Source: a virus
Virus record (IMG/VR): IMGVR_UViG_3300042868_007814
Span: 1 to 36,851 of that record
DNA: 36,851 nt
Strand: one strand, 5' to 3'
Shown here one piece after another: positions 30,187 through 36,851 of this stretch. Made by a program: the position numbers and the translations under genes. The notes beneath the pieces were generated by a model. That model saw nothing but the letters and a program-made list of their open reading frames with translations, was not told the DNA's origin and ran no database searches. The number at the start of each line of letters is the position of its first letter. The stretch's first letter is position 1.

Positions 30187-32273
30187 TACTGGACTCCGAT
30201 CACGATTGGCTTTTTGCCATCGCCGGACATGACTGGGCGGCCACCCACCAGCACGTTGTAGCGGCCACGTCCGGCGTAGGAAAGTTCTGCCCCTGGGAGC
30301 GACTTCACAAAATCAGCCGCGGGCATTTCAACCCCGGCGGCGCGTACCGTGCCAGTGGGTGACTGTTGCTTCACCTCTTCGGCGGTCACGCTGCGCAAGC
30401 GTTTGTCCAGCATGTCGGTATCTACGCCAGCGGGCAAAGGTATCTTGCGTCCGTTGTGCTCCACCACGGGGCCACCGGATGCCAGATTGATGGCACGCTT
30501 CATATCTGCCTCGCTCAGTCGCCCCCCCTTTTCAGCGGCTAGACCGTGGGCAATGTAAATGGCAGCATCCCGAACGCCCTCTGTTTGGGTTTGGGATGGG
30601 TAAACGCCCGCGAGCTCAGCCGTCATAAAGCGTTTCCACTGCCCTGGCTTCACATCGGCGGCCTCCTTGTTCTTGGTGCTGGTGCCGTCTTTCTCGGCCT
30701 GGGCACCTTTTAGAACCAACTCCGAAACATAGCGGCCCTCGGTGGTCTGCGAACCGGCCATGCCAAAGGCAAGCCCCAGCGCGCGGTCTTTCTTGTCCAA
30801 CTGTTGGGCCATACCGGCTGCAGCGCGGGGGCCTAAGTTCTTGGCCAGCGTGGCAATTGCAGTGCTTTTCTGCGCTGGTGGCAATGCGTCAAGCAGCTTG
30901 CGCACGGGCTCTATTTCGTCGCCAGTGAGCGGGGCCACATGCCCACCACTCCACTGCCCTGCGCGCTCAGCAACTGGCAGCCGTGCACTCAGGCTGGTGG
31001 TCAGCGCTTGCATTGAAGATGTGTCCAAAGGTGCGAACTGCGCTGAATCTCCACTGCGTTCAAGGTAGGCCCGCAACGGGTCTTCTTTGATGTCGGCCTG
31101 GCTACCTCGCAAAACCTTTTCAATCTGGTCTTTGCGCTTGGCCAGCGCTGGGTTATTGCCTTCTTTGGCAATTCGTGCGGTGATACTGTCCAGCTCCGCG
31201 CGCTGGGCAGCGATGGGCTGTGCGGCAAGCCCGCCGTTTTCGGATGCAGCTTTGGCCAGCGCCACTACGCCGGCCTGGTACGGTGTGCCCGCAGTTTGCT
31301 TGATCACGCTGTCCACATAGGCCGGGTCAAGTGCCAGCCCCTTGTCGCTCACAGCCTGGAACGCTTGGAATGATGCCTCGGCCCGCCTCATGCCAGCTTC
31401 GGCCTTACGGGATGCGCCCTGGGCTTCTAGCTCGGCTTTTTGGTCAAGGCTGTATTTGTAGCTGGACACCCGATCCAATAGCGTGGCCCGCTTTTGCGGG
31501 TCCATGTCGCTCATGCCCTGAATGGTCTTTTCGGCAAGGTCTAGCCCTTTGCGGTCTTGGCGCACATTGCTCACCAGCTGGTAGGCCTTGGTAAAAGTCA
31601 CCTCTTCTTTGAAGCTCTGCACCTCTTTTTCCACCTTTTCAGGCGTCCAACCAGCCCCGGGGCCAGCGGCGCGCGCGGCTTGCTCCCATTGCTTGGATGC
31701 GGTTTCCAAATCGGTGCCTGCAAAGCGCTGCATGCTTTCTTTGTAGGTGGTCAGCCCAGCGTTAGCCTCTTGCTGGTCACGCTTGCGAATGGTGTCTTCC
31801 AGCCGATTTGACAGGCTGCCAGCCAATGGCTTCATTTGCGCCGCCACTAGGGGGCCTAGGTCGGTTGGCAACTTGCCAACGCTTTCGCTGACTAGCTTTT
31901 GACTTCCATCAGTCCACTGCTTACGGGCATCGTCCTTGCTGATTTTTCCGGTAGTCAGGCCTGCGGTCACTTGGTCGTTCAGGTCAGCGAGCCCCACCTG
32001 AATGTCTGCGTGGGCATTGAGCTGCTGCACCTGTTCGGCGCGGCGGGCTTGCTTCTCGGCTTCCTGCCTTGCCTCGGCCTCTTGCTGGGCACGTAGTCGG
32101 TCTGCCTCGGCCACCGCTGCATTGTTCTGCTGCTGACCAATAGCTGCTGCGGTGTTACCTAGGCGCTGGGTCGCCTCAGATAGCCCGCCGTCAAGTTGTG
32201 CGGCTGAGACTGTTGGAGTCTGGCGCTGTGGTGCAACTGCGTTGCCGAATTCGCCCATTGGTACTTTTGCCAT
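30186..32273 (-). CDS. Internal virion protein (695 aa, gp15-position)
   Basis: Large Ala/Gln/Glu-rich helical ORF, contiguous with neighbouring internal-protein genes. Assignment by synteny only. Confidence 0.5.
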   Translation of the reverse strand: MAKVPMGEFGNAVAPQRQTPTVSAAQLDGGLSEATQRLGNTAAAIGQQQNNAAVAEADRLRAQQEAEARQEAEKQARRAEQVQQLNAHADIQVGLADLNDQVTAGLTTGKISKDDARKQWTDGSQKLVSESVGKLPTDLGPLVAAQMKPLAGSLSNRLEDTIRKRDQQEANAGLTTYKESMQRFAGTDLETASKQWEQAARAAGPGAGWTPEKVEKEVQSFKEEVTFTKAYQLVSNVRQDRKGLDLAEKTIQGMSDMDPQKRATLLDRVSSYKYSLDQKAELEAQGASRKAEAGMRRAEASFQAFQAVSDKGLALDPAYVDSVIKQTAGTPYQAGVVALAKAASENGGLAAQPIAAQRAELDSITARIAKEGNNPALAKRKDQIEKVLRGSQADIKEDPLRAYLERSGDSAQFAPLDTSSMQALTTSLSARLPVAERAGQWSGGHVAPLTGDEIEPVRKLLDALPPAQKSTAIATLAKNLGPRAAAGMAQQLDKKDRALGLAFGMAGSQTTEGRYVSELVLKGAQAEKDGTSTKNKEAADVKPGQWKRFMTAELAGVYPSQTQTEGVRDAAIYIAHGLAAEKGGRLSEADMKRAINLASGGPVVEHNGRKIPLPAGVDTDMLDKRLRSVTAEEVKQQSPTGTVRAAGVEMPAADFVKSLPGAELSYAGRGRYNVLVGGRPVMSGDGKKPIVIGVQ

Positions 32274-32786
32274 TTAATCCCCCGATCCGCTGTTGCCAGA
32301 GGTATATCTACTCATTGGGTTGCCTGCTGGCTTACCCGCTGGGGATTTCCACCCGCCTGCCGCACTCATGCCCGTGCTAATTGCAGACATGTAGCCAGCG
32401 GTACGCGCGTTCTCACCCGCTTTTTTGGCTGCCTCACCTTGGGCTACCAATCTGCGCGCGTTGTTCTTGCCTGACAGTATGGCGGTCAGTGCGTCTTGTT
32501 CTGCGCCTTGGTCGATCTGGTTATTGATCACCTCGGCCGTGCCGTCATTCACCGAAAAGCCACTGGCTGCGGTTGCTGCGGTAGCGGCTGATTTTTGCGC
32601 CTGGCCAGCCTTGCGAATTTGGCGGGCCTGTAGTTCGGCCTCCCCCTTTGCGGCGTCCGCATCGGCCTGCTTTTGAGCGTTTTCATAGTTGCCCATGGCG
32701 GCGGCTTGCTCACCTTGGGTAATCGAACTAGCCATAGATATAGCCGTCCCTCCCATCAGCATTGCTGCTGTCAAACTGATGCACAT
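32274..32786 (-). CDS. Small internal virion protein (170 aa, gp14-position) with an N-terminal TM segment
   Basis: Start at the ATG at 32786 (TGAAATG junction with the GNAT stop). MCISLTAAMLMGGTAISMASSI is TM-like. The track ORF's extension to 33029 overlaps the GNAT gene. Confidence 0.5.
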   Translation of the reverse strand: MCISLTAAMLMGGTAISMASSITQGEQAAAMGNYENAQKQADADAAKGEAELQARQIRKAGQAQKSAATAATAASGFSVNDGTAEVINNQIDQGAEQDALTAILSGKNNARRLVAQGEAAKKAGENARTAGYMSAISTGMSAAGGWKSPAGKPAGNPMSRYTSGNSGSGD

Positions 32787-32787
32787 T

Positions 32788-33231
32788 TCAAAACTCCTTT
32801 GCGTGAAGCGTGGCCACGGTCGTGTAACCAAGATGGGCAAGCAGTTGCCCCGTTTTCTCAAGCTGTAAGCCGGTGTTGATTCCGAGCTCGGCGGCGTGTG
32901 CGCCCTGACTTTTGGCCCAGTCTTCATAACCTTTGACAAGGCGCGCGGCCAGCATGCCGCCCCGGTGCTCAGGGTGAATGAATAGACCAAAGTCCTGCCC
33001 CACCTTGCCGGTGGAAAACCACAGCTCAATCACAGCCGCAGCAATCGCACCGATCACCTTGCCGTTTTTTTCAGCCACCAGAATCAGCCCAGCACCTTCA
33101 ATAAGGCGGGTAAAAATGAGTTCCACTTTCTCGCGGGAGTGCGGAATGTCTTTGAAACGGCTCTCCATGTGCATCACTTGGGCTAGGTCAAGAATGCGGG
33201 GGAGGTCTTCTAAGGTTGCGTGACGGATCAT
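32788..33231 (-). CDS. GNAT-family N-acetyltransferase
   Basis: 147 aa. Acetyl-CoA motif A FIHPEHRGGMLAARLV and an overall GNAT layout. Confidence 0.8.
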   Translation of the reverse strand: MIRHATLEDLPRILDLAQVMHMESRFKDIPHSREKVELIFTRLIEGAGLILVAEKNGKVIGAIAAAVIELWFSTGKVGQDFGLFIHPEHRGGMLAARLVKGYEDWAKSQGAHAAELGINTGLQLEKTGQLLAHLGYTTVATLHAKEF

Positions 33232-33238
33232 GTAGTCC

Positions 33239-35398
33239 TCAGTCGTTGATAGTGCATTTGCGGATCACAGCCAGCACATGGAAGTCCACCGGGTCAGGCT
33301 GGCTGATGGTCAACTCATTGCGGTACAGCTCGTCCGATAGCGTGGTTTCGCGCAGATCACCAGTGCCAACTTCGGGCACTCGGTCAAGCAAAGCGCTGTT
33401 CATCTTGCGGAAGTCTTTGAGCTGGCCATTCACGCGGATAGCCACCGTATCCAGCACCCGCACGATCACCTCGCCTACACTGACTGCCGCGCCCTGTGAC
33501 GTGCCCCCGGTAGAACCAACTTCCGGATTTAGCAGCGTCATGGTGGGGGTGTAGCCTAGGCCTACCTCAATTGCGCGTGCGGGGCGCGTGGTCACAATGC
33601 CGCCGGTCACTACTTGCTCACCCTGATAGATGCCATCGGCCAACACTTTGACCGTCTTGCCCTCAAGGTGCCCAAAGCCTGACCAGGATGTTTTATCGGT
33701 TCCGCTGGTGTCAGTCTTGGCGCAGTCGGTTTTTAGTGTGGGGTCAAAATACTCGACAAAGCGCTTAGTGGCGCCATTGATGGTGCGCTTGACGATCACC
33801 CAAGTTTGCTCGGAAGTCGCTGTGGGTATTCTGGCCACGGACTCCACCAGCCCATCGGTAGTCCAGCGCACCCACGCATTCACCTCTTGCTCGCTGTCAT
33901 AGGTGGCCACGGCCATTTGTCCATCAGCGCGCACGCAGCTAAGCAACGCATCGGGCTCCCCTTGGAATGCCATATCCACGATGCCCGACTCGGTTATGTG
34001 CTCGGAAAACACCGTGCGATCTGGTGAATCAAAGCCGTCAATATCCTGACGGTAGCCACAGGCTCGCACCTTGCGCCCCGCACGCTGCACAAACAAGATT
34101 TCGTGGCCCACCTTTACCGGGCGCACCTGGTTGGCCCCCGCGGTAGATTCGTCGTTCTTTTGGATGTTGGTCGGAGTGATCGGCTTCTCTTGCCCGCCGC
34201 GCATGCTCATTTCGTTGGAGCTGGTGAACACCATCAATCGACGGCCTTGAGCCAGATGCTGGATGGGCGCAATTTCAGATGTAGCCAGTTCTCTCGAAAA
34301 GCCGTCGCTGTCCAGTGTGCCTATTTCAAAGTTCAGCGTATCGCCTATGCGGCTGCCCGCCACAGTCTGAGGAAACCCAGCCGATCCGGCCAGCAATAGC
34401 CGCTGCTCATACAAAGTCACAGCGCTGGGGTACTTGCTTACGCTGTTCCAAATGCTGCTATTCAGTGTCCAGCTATTGGCAATGGCCGCCGTGGTGGACG
34501 CTAGAACCTGTTGAACCGTGCCATTCACCACTGTTGGGCTGGTGTAGCCCGTGATCCTGACTAGCCCGTTATTGACCTTGATGTATTTGCCCACCTCCGC
34601 AGAGCCTGCGCGAAAACCTGCGGCCCCAAGTGTTGCGGTGACCGATGCGCCCACCGGCCCGACTGCCGACACTGAGCAGGTGGTTTGTGGGGTTCCGTCT
34701 ATGGTCCAAGCACCCGATGCAATGCTGGTGCTGGCAAAGGCGCTTTGAATGGTGCAAGTGACATTGTTCGCGTCCACATAGGCAGTGATCAGCGCAAGCC
34801 CTGAGCCGGACACAATGTAGCGCCCAACGTCAGCAGCAAAGAATGCGCCAGTGGCGCCAAAGTTGCGCCCCGCCCCCACGGTCGCAGCGGACAGCGTGAG
34901 CGCAAGCGCGGGATTGATCCCCAGCTCGTCAAAGGGCTCTACCGTGAAGGGGGCGGCTAGCAAGCGCCAATCGTTATCGGCAAAGCGCTGCAGCCGGTAC
35001 ACCGGAACATCACCCTGCACCAGATACATAGTGTCCGCGCCCTGCACATAGTCGATCTCGAAAAGTGATGCCTCGACATAGGGGGTAGCTACTTCATAGG
35101 GCCCAGCCACATGGGCACCGTCCTTGAACACTCGCAGGTACAGATCGCCAACCTCCAGTATGTATGCCTGGTCGCGGTTGTAGATGAATGGAATTAGGCG
35201 CGACTCTTTGGCGCTGGTCTTCGTCTCGGCTGCCATGCGCGTGCCCGGGCGGCGGCGCGCTCCACCCTGCACCAGAACCTGGATGTTCTCCGCAGTCTTC
35301 AAGCCATTGTTGTACTTGGCAATATCAATGCGGCTTTGCACGCGCGGGGACAACTCCCCGGCTGTGAAGTTGGTCTGAATCGGTATGACCTTGCCCAT
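33239..35398 (-). CDS. Tail tubular protein B-like (nozzle)
   Basis: Start at the ATG at 35398 (TGATATG junction). N-terminus IQTNFTAGELSPRVQSRIDIAKYNNGL...GGARRRPGT is typical of podovirus tubular B proteins. Follows the gp11-like gene. Confidence 0.6.
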   Translation of the reverse strand: MGKVIPIQTNFTAGELSPRVQSRIDIAKYNNGLKTAENIQVLVQGGARRRPGTRMAAETKTSAKESRLIPFIYNRDQAYILEVGDLYLRVFKDGAHVAGPYEVATPYVEASLFEIDYVQGADTMYLVQGDVPVYRLQRFADNDWRLLAAPFTVEPFDELGINPALALTLSAATVGAGRNFGATGAFFAADVGRYIVSGSGLALITAYVDANNVTCTIQSAFASTSIASGAWTIDGTPQTTCSVSAVGPVGASVTATLGAAGFRAGSAEVGKYIKVNNGLVRITGYTSPTVVNGTVQQVLASTTAAIANSWTLNSSIWNSVSKYPSAVTLYEQRLLLAGSAGFPQTVAGSRIGDTLNFEIGTLDSDGFSRELATSEIAPIQHLAQGRRLMVFTSSNEMSMRGGQEKPITPTNIQKNDESTAGANQVRPVKVGHEILFVQRAGRKVRACGYRQDIDGFDSPDRTVFSEHITESGIVDMAFQGEPDALLSCVRADGQMAVATYDSEQEVNAWVRWTTDGLVESVARIPTATSEQTWVIVKRTINGATKRFVEYFDPTLKTDCAKTDTSGTDKTSWSGFGHLEGKTVKVLADGIYQGEQVVTGGIVTTRPARAIEVGLGYTPTMTLLNPEVGSTGGTSQGAAVSVGEVIVRVLDTVAIRVNGQLKDFRKMNSALLDRVPEVGTGDLRETTLSDELYRNELTISQPDPVDFHVLAVIRKCTIND

Positions 35399-35399
35399 A

Positions 35400-35969
35400 T
35401 CAGTACCGACCTGCAATCAGCGGGAACTCGTCGCCCATCGTGTCGCTGGGGTTTTCCTGGGCATCGATGGATTTAGCCTCGCGCAGAACCCGGGCAGCCT
35501 CTTGCGTGAGTGAGTCGCGCAGGCTTGTCGATTGCACCACCGGGTAAGCGAGAAGCGCAGCCATAGCATGGGTAGCAGCTTGCACCAGGCCGCTGTCCCA
35601 GTTGTCCTCGTTATCGTTGCGCCACACGTAGCGCAGTGGCAGGACTGTCGCGTTGCATAAGATCATGCGGTTTTCGAGCTGGAAATCAGTAATGAATTTG
35701 CCGGGATAGCCCACCTCATAGAGCCGCAGGAAGTCACCGGGGAGCTGGAACTGCGCGCTGTAGCCATAGGCTGGCGCATCACTCAAGGGGGACAGCAACA
35801 CCCGTTTTATGGCGCAGTTCCAAAAGTGTTTGCGCAGCAACGAATCGCGCACCATGGGGTACAAGTTGGCGCAGTACCGCGCCCGGTCGCTGTCATCGGT
35901 GAGGCTTGCAATAGCAGACTTCCCAAGCATCAGCAAGGCGTTAGAGCAAATGGATACTGCGGTTGTCAT
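35400..35969 (-). CDS. Tail tubular protein A-like (T7 gp11-like adaptor)
   Basis: ICSNALLMLGKSAIASLTDDSDRARYCANLYPMVRDSLLRKHFWNCA parallels the T7 gp11 N-terminal pattern. 189 aa. Confidence 0.7.
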   Translation of the reverse strand: MTTAVSICSNALLMLGKSAIASLTDDSDRARYCANLYPMVRDSLLRKHFWNCAIKRVLLSPLSDAPAYGYSAQFQLPGDFLRLYEVGYPGKFITDFQLENRMILCNATVLPLRYVWRNDNEDNWDSGLVQAATHAMAALLAYPVVQSTSLRDSLTQEAARVLREAKSIDAQENPSDTMGDEFPLIAGRY

Positions 35970-35987
35970 CGGTCAAATCCTTCAAAC

Positions 35988-36014
35988 AAAAAAGGGGAGC
36001 CACTGAGGCCCCCC
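35988..36014 (-). terminator. Rho-independent terminator after the capsid/decoration genes
   Basis: Minus strand: GGGGGGCC-tcagt-GGCTCCCC (8 bp including one G.U pair) followed by T6. Confidence 0.7.
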
Positions 36015-36063
36015 TTCTGAAAACGCCACCGCGCAGGGATGGTCACGCGAATGGCAACTGCGC

Positions 36064-36522
36064 TTAAGGTGCTACGTACTCAATTTCTGCACGAATTGCC
36101 GCATTAGCGGTGGGTGTCGCGCCTGCGAAGGTTCCGAAAATTTCACAGTCTTGGGGCAGCACGTAATACTGTCCAGCTGTGAGTTTTGTGCCCGTGTAGA
36201 TCGGTGCAGTTGCAGCCGTGGTAATTGCAGTTGCAGCCATCAAAGCAGTGGCATCTACCGCCACTTTTGTAGCTGCATCACGCAAACCTAGAGCTAATGT
36301 CAGCGATGCCGTATTTGCAGCATTGGAAAGGATGGGCCCAGCCAATAGGCGGGAACCCTTAGCCAGAATGATGCCGGTTCCAAACGTATCGCCATTCGCT
36401 GCGGTGTAGGTGGCTGGTGTATCGAGAATTACAGATCGCACACGATTTTGAGCCGTAGGATGCGTCTTTTGCCCTGCGGCGATTGCCACCGCCGTGCGGG
36501 TCACTGTTGCTAGTTCTGCCAT
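36064..36522 (-). CDS. Head decoration / cement protein candidate (152 aa)
   Basis: AGGAG RBS. Ala/Thr-rich, beta-type composition. Lies immediately downstream of the capsid gene and upstream of a terminator. Confidence 0.5.
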   Translation of the reverse strand: MAELATVTRTAVAIAAGQKTHPTAQNRVRSVILDTPATYTAANGDTFGTGIILAKGSRLLAGPILSNAANTASLTLALGLRDAATKVAVDATALMAATAITTAATAPIYTGTKLTAGQYYVLPQDCEIFGTFAGATPTANAAIRAEIEYVAP

Positions 36523-36552
36523 GTTGGTTTCTCCTAAAGTTGGTCAAGTGGC

Positions 36553-36568
36553 GGGGGCCGAAGCCCCC
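36553..36568 (-). promoter_or_regulatory. GGGGGC-UUCG-GCCCCC tetraloop hairpin between the capsid and decoration genes
   Basis: Perfect 6-bp GC stem with a UUCG loop on the transcribed strand. No U-tract follows. Confidence 0.5.
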
Positions 36569-36578
36569 ATGCCGTTGG

Positions 36579-36851
36579 TTACTGGAAGTCGATCTGTACG
36601 ACTTTCTTATCGTCTTGACGGCCTGCACCGTAAGACGCCGCCATAGACACTTGCCAAGCGTCCTTCTTGTCACCCCGGCGGGTAACGTTGCCCTCTTCGT
36701 AGCCCTTGCCGAAGTGGATACCAGACTTGGCGTAGGCCACAGCCGAGAACACAGCACCGGCCTTGTTGAAGGCTTGGTACGGAATCCAGCGGAAGCCCAT
36801 CCAGGTGCCCTTAAGCGTGCCGGACTGCAACATCTGGCCAGCTAAGAAGTC
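36579..36851 (-). CDS. Major capsid protein, 3' part (continues from 724..1 across the circular join)
   Basis: Track ORF ...GTLKGTWMGFRWIPYQAFNKAGAVFSAVAYAKSGIHFGKGYEEG...VQIDFQ. In frame with the 5' part. 36725-36851 duplicates 1-127. Confidence 0.75.
   Translation of the reverse strand, partial: DFLAGQMLQSGTLKGTWMGFRWIPYQAFNKAGAVFSAVAYAKSGIHFGKGYEEGNVTRRGDKKDAWQVSMAASYGAGRQDDKKVVQIDFQ

Noticed and set aside
32787-33029. Upstream extension of the 170-aa internal-protein ORF
   Set aside because: It overlaps the well-supported GNAT gene. The internal ATG at 32786 sits one base after the GNAT stop.

Overview
The window is a complete, circularly closed temperate phage genome of about 36.72 kb. 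Bases 1-127 are identical to 36725-36851, and the join falls inside the major capsid gene, so this is an assembly overlap and not a biological terminal repeat.

The minus strand carries one long operon. It starts at a Cro-like gene (8762) and runs through replication genes (DUF1376/YdaU-like, lambda-P-like), NinB/NinG, portal, scaffold and capsid (which wraps the window ends). It continues through a decoration protein, T7 gp11/gp12-like tail tubular proteins, a GNAT, internal-virion/ejection proteins, TerS/TerL, the tail fibre and a lysis cassette ending at 20116.

The plus strand has two units. The first is a cI-like S24 repressor followed by a three-gene cassette and a strong terminator (8822-11187). 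The second is a PL-like operon (11357-19830) with RecT/YqaJ recombination genes, a diversity-generating retroelement (DGR), two orphan DNA methyltransferases, a DUF4224 protein and a tyrosine integrase. An attP carrying the last 48 nt of tRNA-His follows.

The headline observation is the DGR. One 87-bp template repeat (15358-15444) matches two 87-bp variable repeats at the 3' ends of two tandem small paralogous genes. All 21 mismatches fall on template adenines. However, the reverse-transcriptase ORF stops after about 120 RT-like residues, exactly where a C5-methyltransferase cassette begins.

Other points worth a second look:
- a zeta-toxin-like P-loop domain inside an internal virion protein;
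- a small antisense 2-TM ORF in the structural operon;
- a lysogeny-operon cassette with a secreted SNase-type nuclease and an unknown 292-aa protein;
- a 17-nt hairpin motif present three times;
- shared operators at two early promoters.

Gene junctions very often use ATGA start/stop overlaps. All family assignments come from motif recognition by eye. No database search was run.
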